Part shown: positions 55,484-64,000 of the stretch, piece by piece
How positions within the stretch are numbered: position 1 is the stretch's first letter
Layout of the letters: every line of letters starts with the position of its first letter
Assembly (NCBI GenBank): GCA_050014075.1
Contig: JBEKEA010000003.1
Span: 22,638 to 86,637 of the forward strand
DNA from: Sedimentisphaerales bacterium
GTDB taxonomy: Bacteria; Planctomycetota; Phycisphaerae; Sedimentisphaerales; UBA12454
Direction of reading: 5' to 3'
Length of the DNA: 64,000 nucleotides
Program-made: the position numbers and the translations under genes
The notes under the pieces: generated by a model
The model's input: only the letters and a program-made list of their open reading frames with translations
The model's database searches: none
What the model was told of the DNA's origin: nothing

Positions 55484-57358
55484 TTAACCCGCCTTTTCTT
55501 TTATAAGGGTAAATATAGTGCGGAAAATCTCTTTAACAGCCTCCGGTCCTTCACAGCTTATCATCTCATTGATTTTGTCATGATTGTAATTTTTACTGCC
55601 ATTATATAAGAAAGCTTTAACGCTTGGCAGAATACCTTTTCTATCATAGACAGGGCAAGCCCCATATTGCGGATAATTTACAAGATCTTCCGAACCATCA
55701 AAATTCACATATATAACCGGCTTATTCTTTATCATTGCGTCAACCGCAATGCTTGAGTCGCCTACTATAAGTATGTCGCAAAGTTCAAGATAATCTTGAG
55801 CATCACCATACTTCGTGATAAGTATATTACTATGACCTGCTCTGACATTATCATAATCTGAAAGCCTTTCAGCCGGATGCAATTTAACAACCAGCATTAT
55901 ATTCTCTAATTCAACTAACTCATCAACTATAGCTTGAATTATCGGTATATTCCCCTTGAGTCGGGTCAATGAATCAATACATATAACCGGCTGGGTCGCA
56001 ACCAGTATTATTTTTTTCTCGTAAGGAAGATTAAGCTTTCGTCTTAAATTATCAATATCGATTCCCGTGTTTTTTTTCCGAGTTGAAGTAATACGGCCGG
56101 TGATAAAAATTCTGTTTGACTCAACACCATGCCTAAGATACCAGTCCTTTGTCATCTTTCCCCAAACAAGAACGGCATCGGCCACAACTGGAAGATACGA
56201 TGGAGCCCACTTTGTAACTCCATGTTGGATTTCTGCTGTCGATATCCCCATCGCTGAAGCCTGTTTCAGAATTGACCTTGCCTCAGGCGCTACTGATGAC
56301 GGGCTAATAACACATTTTATATCCTTCTCTTTTGAAATTTTGTAACGGAAAATCTCCATTTCCTCAACAAGCCTGGGGTAAATATATTTTAACTCATAAT
56401 ATAAACGTCTGTATATGACAGGCCAAATATCAACGTTGTTAAATAAAAATGGTTTTAGCTTCTTCAGACTTATATTTTGGCTGATGTTGGATTTTAAATT
56501 TTTAACCTTATTTCTTATTCTTCGTCTATATTGCCCGTCCATCCTGACTTCCGTAAAAGTTTGTGTCGGAATGCCATATCCCATAAAGATTTTCTTCGCC
56601 TCAAAATCCTCCCGAACCAGAGCTTCCACAGAATATCCCTTTTCTATCAGAACGCTCATCAGCTTTACAGAGCCAATAAGCAAATTTGCCGGTCCCGTAA
56701 ATATAATTCCGCTTTTCCCGTTTTTTTTTATTCCTCCAGAAAACCTTTTTAAAACATATTTCAGATAAGTCCAAAACGTATCCACAGATACGCCGCCTTG
56801 AAACAACATCAGAAGGTGCCATTTTTCAAACCGGTATTTCAGCTTTTCTTTAAGAAAAAATATGGTTTTATGGTCTTTTTTAAGAGCTGTTGTTTCAATA
56901 TTATCTTTTTGTGTAAACGCTTTTATAACATATGCCCACAAATTCTCCGGAGGCCCCATATTAAACGGCTCAATATTAGACGAATAAATGATCTTTGATG
57001 GATGATACCGGGCGTATATCTTTTCAAGAATAATTATTCTCTTGAAGACCTCTATAAAATATCCTGTCAGGAAAAGCTCGGAGAACTCACCCATATTGAT
57101 GCCATCACACGTACAGATATCAACAATGTCTTTTTGTTTATACCAATTCCTTGCGGTCTCTACCGCTGCATCATTGACAATTCTGAAATCCTCCGGGTTT
57201 ATATACTCAGAAAAATCTGTGAATGGAATCCCAACGGCCTGCAAATTCAAGACAACGGCATTTGATAAAGTAATAATCCGATTGTTTTCAATCTGGGATA
57301 GTTTACTAATCTTTTTTAATAGCTTAAAATCTAAAAATTGAACTAAAACTATATTCAT
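55484..57358 (-). CDS. large GT-B-like capsule/teichoic-type glycosyl- or glycerophosphotransferase (uncertain)
   Basis: 624-aa ORF. The C-terminal half (VATQPV...VVKLHPAE...DILIVGDSSIAVDAMIKNKPVIYVNF) resembles Capsule_synth/TagF-like transferases. Contains an A9 tract at 56721..56729. Confidence 0.4.
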   Translation of the reverse strand: MNIVLVQFLDFKLLKKISKLSQIENNRIITLSNAVVLNLQAVGIPFTDFSEYINPEDFRIVNDAAVETARNWYKQKDIVDICTCDGINMGEFSELFLTGYFIEVFKRIIILEKIYARYHPSKIIYSSNIEPFNMGPPENLWAYVIKAFTQKDNIETTALKKDHKTIFFLKEKLKYRFEKWHLLMLFQGGVSVDTFWTYLKYVLKRFSGGIKKNGKSGIIFTGPANLLIGSVKLMSVLIEKGYSVEALVREDFEAKKIFMGYGIPTQTFTEVRMDGQYRRRIRNKVKNLKSNISQNISLKKLKPFLFNNVDIWPVIYRRLYYELKYIYPRLVEEMEIFRYKISKEKDIKCVISPSSVAPEARSILKQASAMGISTAEIQHGVTKWAPSYLPVVADAVLVWGKMTKDWYLRHGVESNRIFITGRITSTRKKNTGIDIDNLRRKLNLPYEKKIILVATQPVICIDSLTRLKGNIPIIQAIVDELVELENIMLVVKLHPAERLSDYDNVRAGHSNILITKYGDAQDYLELCDILIVGDSSIAVDAMIKNKPVIYVNFDGSEDLVNYPQYGACPVYDRKGILPSVKAFLYNGSKNYNHDKINEMISCEGPEAVKEIFRTIFTLIKEKAG

Positions 57359-57365
57359 AACCAGG

Positions 57366-58739
57366 TTAACATGACTGCTTTTTCAATTTCGCAAAAAGTC
57401 TATTTATCATAAACCATATCTGCAAACGTCTGCTCCACGCATATTTTGCCTTCTTGATGGGATTTCGAAAACAAAATAAAAAATATCCAATAATTTGAAT
57501 TATCTCTAAAGATATATGGGATACTTTTTTAAACTCTAACGCATGCCCATATTGTTTACTGTAAAAACTCCAATCATTGTGAGTTAGTGTATACCCACCT
57601 TCACCTTTTAACGCCATTTCTCTAACCAATGTCCCCGGAAAAGGAATCATTATGCCGAAAGAGACATTATCCGCCCCTATATAAAAAGCCAGTAGAATAG
57701 TTCTTATAGCGCTGAAAAAAGTTTCATTCGGATGTCCAAGAATAAAATAACTCCCCGTAGTTATGCCTAAATCTTTGCATGTTTGTATGATATTTTTTGC
57801 TTCCTTATTGTCGAAATCCTTACTTTGGCTTTTCCTTATTTTTCGATTGGCCGATTCAATGCCGAAACCTATACTAGTTAAACCGGAATCTCTCATTATT
57901 TTAAGTAACTCCGGATTTCTACTGATAACATCAATTCTTGATTCTGCCCCCCATACGCCTCCCCACTTTTTCATTATGTTACATATGTCCAATGTCCGTT
58001 TATAATCTAATGCAAAAGTTTCATCATTGAATTCGATGCTTTTTGTTTTATCGGGAAGGGTCCCCATGAATTCCTCAAATTTTTTGGGAGACATATTTCT
58101 GACTTTATTCCCATAAGGACGACTGCAAAAATGACAGGGGTAGGGACATCCTCTTGTTGTTTGAATACGATAATTGGATGCCGGTTTTAACAAGTGGTAA
58201 GCCGGTAAAGGCAGATTATCCAGATTTGTTTCTACGGGTCTTGCCGGATTGACAACAATGTTTCCGTTTAATCTCCAGGCAAGTCCTTTAACCTTATCTA
58301 AATTATTATTTCCGTTTTCACGGATTTCCTTAATTAACTCCGCAAGGGTATCTTCCCCTTCTCCAAAAACAAGCAAATCAAAAACATCAAACTCTTCGAG
58401 TGTTTGTTTTGGTAAAAACGTAGTGTGCACCCCTCCGATAACAGAAAATTCTATATTAAAATTTGCTTTAATCTCCTTCATAATATGCGACGCCAACATA
58501 ATCTCCTGAGTAAACGCGGTTATCCCAACCACGTCCACCTCAGAACCAAAGTGTTTTTTTATTTCAGTTATAACTTGAGCAAGCTTAAGACCGTCATACT
58601 TCATGTCCAAAAGAAGGATGTCAGTCATAGATTCGATTGCTCCCGCTAACTGGCATATCGTAAGATTGGGAGTATCAGTCCTGTCATAGGCTTCTTCGTG
58701 TGAATAATCCGGAGATGGATTAATCAATACAACTTTCAT
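57366..58739 (-). CDS. B12-binding-domain radical SAM enzyme
   Basis: 457-aa ORF. N-terminal B12-binding-like domain (VVGITAFTQ...VIGGVHTT) and radical SAM cluster TRGCPYPCHFC. Confidence 0.85.
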   Translation of the reverse strand: MKVVLINPSPDYSHEEAYDRTDTPNLTICQLAGAIESMTDILLLDMKYDGLKLAQVITEIKKHFGSEVDVVGITAFTQEIMLASHIMKEIKANFNIEFSVIGGVHTTFLPKQTLEEFDVFDLLVFGEGEDTLAELIKEIRENGNNNLDKVKGLAWRLNGNIVVNPARPVETNLDNLPLPAYHLLKPASNYRIQTTRGCPYPCHFCSRPYGNKVRNMSPKKFEEFMGTLPDKTKSIEFNDETFALDYKRTLDICNIMKKWGGVWGAESRIDVISRNPELLKIMRDSGLTSIGFGIESANRKIRKSQSKDFDNKEAKNIIQTCKDLGITTGSYFILGHPNETFFSAIRTILLAFYIGADNVSFGIMIPFPGTLVREMALKGEGGYTLTHNDWSFYSKQYGHALEFKKVSHISLEIIQIIGYFLFCFRNPIKKAKYAWSRRLQIWFMINRLFAKLKKQSC

Positions 58740-58788
58740 CTGATTTTGACTTTCACAATCTCACTTTTATGCATTTGGAAATGGCTAC

Positions 58789-59658
58789 TTATTTCACTCT
58801 TCTGAGTTTGGCAATAATGGACTTTTCGGAGTCGTATAGTACTTTTTTGCCGTCTCCATATATGACTGGCCAAAGACGAATATCTCTTACCAGTCGCTGC
58901 AGGCCTTGAGGTTCCATGCTCGCTGCCTGGTCACTGCCCCACATAGCTCGGTCAAGTGTGATATGCCTCTCCACAGAACAAGCACCGGTACAAATCGCCA
59001 TCACGGAAGGTATCACTCCTACTTCATGACCACTATATCCAACAGGAACTTTGTAGCGAGTTTTAAGGGCTTCTATCACTTTCAAATTAAGCTCTTCATT
59101 CTTGGACGGATATGTCGAGGTACAATGATATATTATCAGATCTTTTTGACCAAGAACCTCCACGGCATGGTCAATCTCATCCAGAGTACTCATCCCCGTG
59201 GACAGCAATATAGGCTTACCTTTCTTTCTCGTGTATCTCAATAAATTATCGTCGGTTAAACACGCTGATGCTATTTTATAACATGGCGGATTAAACTGCT
59301 CTATAAAATCAACCGATTTCTCATCCCAACAAGAGACGAACCACATTATTTTTTTCTTCTTACAATAGCTATCAATAACTTCATATTCCGACTGTCTAAA
59401 CTCGAGCCCTCGTTTAAGGTCGCCGTTGGTTTTACCAAAGGGACTTTCTCTGGGCGCCGCAAGTTCCTGAACCGTATAAACAATATCCACTGTCCGTTTT
59501 TGGAATTTCACCGCGTCGCAACCACATTCATGGGCAATATCTATAAGCTTTTTGGCAATTGATAAATCACCATTATGATTTATGCCAATTTCCGCCACAA
59601 TAAAAAAGGGTTCGCCATCACCAACAATATGCTTTCCTATTTTGACTTTAGTAGTCAC
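58789..59658 (-). CDS. NeuB-family nonulosonic/sialic-acid synthase-like aldolase lacking the C-terminal SAF domain
   Basis: 289-aa ORF. PFFIVAEIGINHNGDLSIAKKLIDIAHECGCDAVKFQKR and YSGHEVG match NeuB/SpsE-type synthases. About 50-60 aa shorter than NeuB/PseI/LegI. Confidence 0.75.
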   Translation of the reverse strand: MTTKVKIGKHIVGDGEPFFIVAEIGINHNGDLSIAKKLIDIAHECGCDAVKFQKRTVDIVYTVQELAAPRESPFGKTNGDLKRGLEFRQSEYEVIDSYCKKKKIMWFVSCWDEKSVDFIEQFNPPCYKIASACLTDDNLLRYTRKKGKPILLSTGMSTLDEIDHAVEVLGQKDLIIYHCTSTYPSKNEELNLKVIEALKTRYKVPVGYSGHEVGVIPSVMAICTGACSVERHITLDRAMWGSDQAASMEPQGLQRLVRDIRLWPVIYGDGKKVLYDSEKSIIAKLRRVK

Positions 59659-59706
59659 AGCTATTCTCCAAAAAAATGTTTATTGCGTTTTCTTGTATAT
59701 CCAATT

Positions 59707-60744
59707 TCAAATATCTTCTACAACGGTCATTGTTTCCATAGAACGTTTAGCCGCAAGAGCTATTCGTAAACTTTTTATCCCTTCATGAATATCCACAATT
59801 GTCTGCTTATGCATTTTTATACAATCCATAAAATAACTCATCTCATCAAGGAATAATTTGTTGCGTTCAAAGGGATTGAAATCAAAAGTTTCCCAATTCT
59901 GCTTCCTGCCAACTTGAAGCTCAACTTTATTGGAATAATAATCCCAGGATATTTTCCCCTTTTCACCAATAATACGAAAATTTCTCGAAGCCGGGTCTTG
60001 AAGAAAATCAAGATGTACATGAATAGGAAGTTTTCTGCCATCTACTACATTCTCCATAAGAATACTGCTGGTATCTTCAACATCCATCTCCAGCGTACTT
60101 AACTTGCCGCCCAAAGTTAACAGTCTCCTGGGCATTCCAAACAGCCATTGCAAATAATCGAACTCATGGCTCAATGAAAACAATACACCCCCACCCAAAT
60201 CTTTCCTGGCGGCATATCCTTTACGGTAGTCTTCATACGGATGAGCATTTGGAAGATATTCGCCAAATTCAGCAAATACCGAAATTAGAGCTCCTATCTT
60301 TTTTTGCCTTAACAACTCATTAATCAATTGTAAACATGGATGAAATCGTAATTGATAACCCACCATAACAATCAATTGCTTCTCTTTTACAATTGATTCC
60401 AATTTGTCTATTTCTGTTAGACTTGTAGAAATCGGTTTTTCTATAAATAAGTGACAGCCTAAATTTGCAGCCTCCAAAGCTGCAGACATATGTAATTTCG
60501 TAGGATTTGCGATAATCGCCGCATCCGGTTTTTGCTCTAAAATTTCACGATAATCAGAATAAATTTTAACTCGGTAAGCACTTTCCAAATCGACATCGTT
60601 TTCTATGGTCATATTTTCAGAAATTTTGATATTCTTTCCAATAGAACGATACGCCAAAATTTCCAATTCATCACCAAACAACTGCCGCAGATTGCGCAGA
60701 TGCCGTTGACCTATCGAACCAAGTCCAACAATAAGCACTTTCAT
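59707..60744 (-). CDS. Gfo/Idh/MocA family NAD(P)-dependent oxidoreductase
   Basis: 345-aa ORF. MKVLIVGLGSIGQRH Rossmann motif and HLFIEKP (EKP motif). Confidence 0.8.
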   Translation of the reverse strand: MKVLIVGLGSIGQRHLRNLRQLFGDELEILAYRSIGKNIKISENMTIENDVDLESAYRVKIYSDYREILEQKPDAAIIANPTKLHMSAALEAANLGCHLFIEKPISTSLTEIDKLESIVKEKQLIVMVGYQLRFHPCLQLINELLRQKKIGALISVFAEFGEYLPNAHPYEDYRKGYAARKDLGGGVLFSLSHEFDYLQWLFGMPRRLLTLGGKLSTLEMDVEDTSSILMENVVDGRKLPIHVHLDFLQDPASRNFRIIGEKGKISWDYYSNKVELQVGRKQNWETFDFNPFERNKLFLDEMSYFMDCIKMHKQTIVDIHEGIKSLRIALAAKRSMETMTVVEDI

Positions 60745-61487
60745 ACCGAGTATCTTTTTGTATTTTTAGAAGTTTTAATATTGCCTTTTTGCAGTTCCAT
60801 TAAAAGCTTTTCAGCTTTTTTAATGTCTTCCTCATGGTCGATGTCAACCCCGTCATCTTCGACAATAAAAGGAAGAATTTTGTCACCGCTCATTTTCCCT
60901 TTTTCTGTTATAATTTTGGACCTGACCATATCTACATACCCAAATTGCCAGTAAACCCTCGGCAATATCTGCCGAGGCATATTAAATGACTCATTAAATT
61001 CCGCCAGCGACAGCAATGGTTCCATATATTTATCAACGATTTTCCACATCTTATAAGGTGTTTGCGCAGCTAAACGCAATGACCTCAGCGAATCAGCCTC
61101 GGGATTATTTATAAAATACTCAATAGCCTCATCGATAATTTTAACACTTCTAATTGGATACACAGTTCTATGATTTAATACAATATCCGGCGTATAATCT
61201 TCGTTTTCCTTAAGCCATTTCAAAGCATGGCGAAAAACATCAATATCAGGAGACAAGTCTTGCGCAAATTCCTCTGGACGCCGGAAAGGCACTTCCGCTC
61301 CATATTTTAAAGAAACTTCCACAATTTCTTCATCTTCAGTTGAAACGATAACCCTGTTGATTAATCGAGAGGCGAGTGCCTGTTCTATCGCATAAGCAAT
61401 TAATGGCTTGCCGCCTATTTCTACCAGATTCTTTCTTGGTATCCCCTTTGAGCCGCCCCTGGCCGGAATTAATGCCAATATTTCCAT
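60741..61487 (-). CDS. acylneuraminate (nonulosonate) cytidylyltransferase family protein
   Basis: 248-aa ORF. ALIPARGGSKGIPRKNL is the canonical CMP-NeuAc/CMP-KDO synthetase-family N-terminus. Confidence 0.85.
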   Translation of the reverse strand: MEILALIPARGGSKGIPRKNLVEIGGKPLIAYAIEQALASRLINRVIVSTEDEEIVEVSLKYGAEVPFRRPEEFAQDLSPDIDVFRHALKWLKENEDYTPDIVLNHRTVYPIRSVKIIDEAIEYFINNPEADSLRSLRLAAQTPYKMWKIVDKYMEPLLSLAEFNESFNMPRQILPRVYWQFGYVDMVRSKIITEKGKMSGDKILPFIVEDDGVDIDHEEDIKKAEKLLMELQKGNIKTSKNTKRYSV

Positions 61488-61513
61488 AGCTGCTTTCTTC
61501 GTAAATAATAGTT

Positions 61514-62329
61514 TTAAAGGAGAGTTTTAACAAACTCCAAATTCTTTTTAGCTGCCTCTATAGGATTATCGCACATTGTTGTTTCCAATATATAACTGCC
61601 CTTGTATCTTGCTTTTTTAAGGGACTTAAAGCATTCCGGAAAATCAACAAGCCCCGTTCCCAACATAACATTATGGCCTTCTTTATCTCTATCCTTAATA
61701 TGCACACCGCCAATCCATTTTGAAAGCCTGCGGATTTCCTCCGCTGGATCATGTCCTAAATACGCACTATTGCCAACATCATAATAAACCTTTATGTTCG
61801 GATGACCGATTTCTTCCAAAAACTCCTGTGTTTCCTGCCATTGTAATGTGGCTTCAAAACAAAGATTTATCTCTTGTCTTCTCAATAATTCACCGACCAA
61901 ACTTATGACATCAATTATATCGTCCTTATCTTTTCTGCTGCTGACGCTGGATTCTTCCAAAAGTGGGATTAATATAGTATTACATTGGATAACTCTGCTT
62001 GCATCGATTAACTTTTCAAGTATAAAAATATTGTCCTCTTTTGCCTGCGGGCTTCTTTGAAAAAAACCATACCTCTTGAAAAAATCCGCACAAACCGATG
62101 ACACACTAATTTTTGAAGACTCCGATAGTTCGACAATTCTCTCCTGTCCGCTTTGGCACATTAACGGATTATTATAATAAGCATCTATATCAAAAAGAAG
62201 TTCGATCGCAGAAAATCCGCTCTTTTTGCAAACCTCAAATTCTTCTTCCCATGTTTCAGAAGGGAAAACCTGATATTTTTTTATATCTTTCGGCAATAAC
62301 CGGCCCTGTATAATACCAATTTTATTCAT
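61514..62329 (-). CDS. xylose-isomerase-like TIM-barrel sugar-phosphate isomerase/epimerase
   Basis: 271-aa ORF with the layout typical of AP_endonuc_2/xylose isomerase-like TIM barrels (FSAIELLFD..., NLCFEA..., HIKDRD...). Confidence 0.6.
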   Translation of the reverse strand: MNKIGIIQGRLLPKDIKKYQVFPSETWEEEFEVCKKSGFSAIELLFDIDAYYNNPLMCQSGQERIVELSESSKISVSSVCADFFKRYGFFQRSPQAKEDNIFILEKLIDASRVIQCNTILIPLLEESSVSSRKDKDDIIDVISLVGELLRRQEINLCFEATLQWQETQEFLEEIGHPNIKVYYDVGNSAYLGHDPAEEIRRLSKWIGGVHIKDRDKEGHNVMLGTGLVDFPECFKSLKKARYKGSYILETTMCDNPIEAAKKNLEFVKTLL

Positions 62330-62338
62330 ATCTCTGCC

Positions 62339-63055
62339 TCAGGACCTTTTTGGTTTCTCGGCCGCTGCAAGCAGCATCATCTCTTTGGAAAAACGGATTA
62401 ATTTATTCACCTTAGACTGCTCATAGTCCTTCCATTTTAAAGCATCCGGCAGCAGAGAAATTATCTTAGGTATAAAAACAAGACTGGGATATCGCCAGAT
62501 AAAAGGCAACTGCATAAATAAAGACACATTGACATTTACATATCCATTGATTTTCAACGCATTTTGCAGACTTTTCTTCGTAAAGGCTTTGACATGTGTA
62601 TAATCGTCCCAGAAAAATTTATATTGCGACTCCCATGCGGGTGTCATTAAAACGGCTCGTCCGCCAGGTTTCAATACCCGAAGTATTTCAGAAATCATAT
62701 TATCGGTATTAGATACATGTTCCAGAACAGATTTGGAAAACACCCAGTCAAAAGAATTGTCATCATAAGGGAATTCCTCTTTTTCAATATCACATTCTTT
62801 TATCGTAAAATCCCTTAATGCCTCAATACATTCCCTGCGTTTATCCAGTCCCGCAACCTGATAATTACATCTCTTGAAAGCAACCAGATGATTGCCCTTC
62901 CCGCTGCCGACATCCAGAAGCCTGCCGGAGTATATTTTTCGGCCGTTCTCGATTTTATAAAAATAATTCTCGCCAACATATTTACAAAGTTTATGAGGAT
63001 AACTGTTTTCTGAGTATTCGTCTGTAAAATATATTGTTTCTAAATAACTTCCCAT
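62339..63055 (-). CDS. class I SAM-dependent methyltransferase (Methyltransf_11-like)
   Basis: 238-aa ORF. RLLDVGSGKGNH (motif I), FDWVFSKSVLEHV and LKPGGRAVLMTP. Confidence 0.8.
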   Translation of the reverse strand: MGSYLETIYFTDEYSENSYPHKLCKYVGENYFYKIENGRKIYSGRLLDVGSGKGNHLVAFKRCNYQVAGLDKRRECIEALRDFTIKECDIEKEEFPYDDNSFDWVFSKSVLEHVSNTDNMISEILRVLKPGGRAVLMTPAWESQYKFFWDDYTHVKAFTKKSLQNALKINGYVNVNVSLFMQLPFIWRYPSLVFIPKIISLLPDALKWKDYEQSKVNKLIRFSKEMMLLAAAEKPKRS

Positions 63056-63079
63056 TTTGAGGTTGCCTTTCTTAAATAT

Positions 63080-64000
63080 TTATTTTTTACCCTGATTAAG
63101 TACCATGTTATGGCATACCTTCATTCTGGCCGTATGAAAAATATTCGATGGCAAAAAGAAATTATAAATAAACTTTATTAAAACTTTTAGTTTGATAGCT
63201 TTTCGTCCCACCATGTCCTTGTCTTCCCTATGAGTAATAACCTTCCAGGCAACATTATCAATATGGTGGTGGAATTTGCTATTTGGAAGCTTAATCAACA
63301 GACAAATAAGCGGTTTTAAAAAAGTGAAATAAGTTCCAAATGTAAATAAATTAAGAAGGTTATTAATTTTCTCAACCTCATGATTATTATTAAACTTCAG
63401 TATACTTATCCAATGGAAGTTGTCCGGAATATTATCTTCAAACTCCCCCCTCTTAAGATACCCCATCTCAATGGCTTTTTCAGTAAGCTCCATACCCGGA
63501 TAAGGTTGAAACTTACTGGCTGTAGCAACTTCAGGTTTAGACTTTATATTCAACTCAAATGTTTCCATCGCGGTCTTGAAAGTTTCACCTGGCAAAAGAA
63601 GTATGTTTTGTATCCTCATGCCGAGCCCATAATCATGAACGATTCTGGCCCCTTTCAGCATCTGGATATTTGTCACCGGCCGTCTTAATAATTCTCTCCG
63701 CCTTTGTTCATTTCCAGTCTCTATAGCTGTTTCAATAATACGACATCCTGCATCTGCCATCAGAGAAATCCTTTTCTCTGCCATCATGGTTGGATGCAGG
63801 TGTGCGTCCCATGGTAATCCGACCTCTTTTTTGTACATATCACAAAAAGATCGCAACCAGCTAAGGTTGACACCAAAGGTATCATCCTGAAATAATATAT
63901 GCTCTACCTCATTTTCAGTTAAGGAAAGCCGAAACTTAATCATTTCTATACAATATGCCGGGGAAGGAGCACGAACAACCTTTCCAAGCCCCTTGTATAT
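63080..64000 (-). CDS. radical SAM family enzyme, 5'-partial (continues beyond window edge)
   Basis: The reading frame is open from 63943 to the window end. The visible part (FQDDTFGVN...RIIETAIETGNEQRRRELLRRP...ILLLPGET) matches the core downstream of the Fe-S motif in B12-binding-type radical SAM enzymes. The cluster motif itself is outside the window. Confidence 0.65.
   Translation of the reverse strand: MYKGLGKVVRAPSPAYCIEMIKFRLSLTENEVEHILFQDDTFGVNLSWLRSFCDMYKKEVGLPWDAHLHPTMMAEKRISLMADAGCRIIETAIETGNEQRRRELLRRPVTNIQMLKGARIVHDYGLGMRIQNILLLPGETFKTAMETFELNIKSKPEVATASKFQPYPGMELTEKAIEMGYLKRGEFEDNIPDNFHWISILKFNNNHEVEKINNLLNLFTFGTYFTFLKPLICLLIKLPNSKFHHHIDNVAWKVITHREDKDMVGRKAIKLKVLIKFIYNFFLPSNIFHTARMKVCHNMVLNQGKK

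Noticed and set aside
1-64000. CRISPR arrays, rRNA genes or insertion sequences
   Set aside because: I found no regularly spaced direct repeats with unique spacers. I recognised no rRNA-like conserved blocks and no transposase-like ORF anywhere in the six-frame track.

Overview
Bacterial chromosomal window. A DUF1559/H-X9-DG-type prepilin-like protein, dockerin-like secreted proteins and many short GC-rich extragenic repeats suggest a PVC-superphylum-like organism; this is inference only. No rRNA, CRISPR array, transposase or integrase was recognised.

Left part (1-23.8 kb), mixed strands:
- Two polyamine genes (eukaryotic-type ornithine decarboxylase and a deoxyhypusine-synthase-like enzyme) are separated by a visibly AT-rich block of four hypothetical or membrane genes.
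- A TPR-containing GT-C-like membrane protein follows.
- Next is a ~15 kb accessory-looking segment bracketed by a ~305-bp inverted repeat pair. It carries three secreted or pseudopilin genes, an ECF sigma factor, an anti-sigma factor with four tandem ZAS zinc modules, a WYL regulator, an ABC-F ATPase and an ArfB-like GGQ protein with a perfect 51-bp duplication of its start. It also carries a membrane-anchored hydrolase, a small GIY-YIG-like ORF and a single-polypeptide Type IIG restriction-modification enzyme.
- A type IV pilin-like gene and tRNA-Ser(GCU) close this part.

Right part (24-64 kb): one ~38 kb co-directional, tightly coupled minus-strand glycan (O-antigen/EPS-type) super-operon.
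- Assembly and export genes: priming phosphotransferase, Wzx, a Wzy-like protein and several glycosyltransferases.
- Sugar-modification genes: several SDR and aminotransferase genes, a nonulosonic-acid-like module (NeuB-like, NeuA-like), three SAM methyltransferases (one interrupted by an in-frame TGA), and five radical-SAM enzymes, four of them apparently B12-dependent.

The most unusual element is an E1alpha/E1beta 2-oxoacid dehydrogenase pair. It is coupled to an E2-like protein that keeps the lipoyl and subunit-binding domains. Its catalytic domain is replaced by a NeuD/PglD-type sugar acyltransferase, and a DegT aminotransferase gene lies immediately downstream.

All functional calls come from motif recognition by eye. 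No database search was run.
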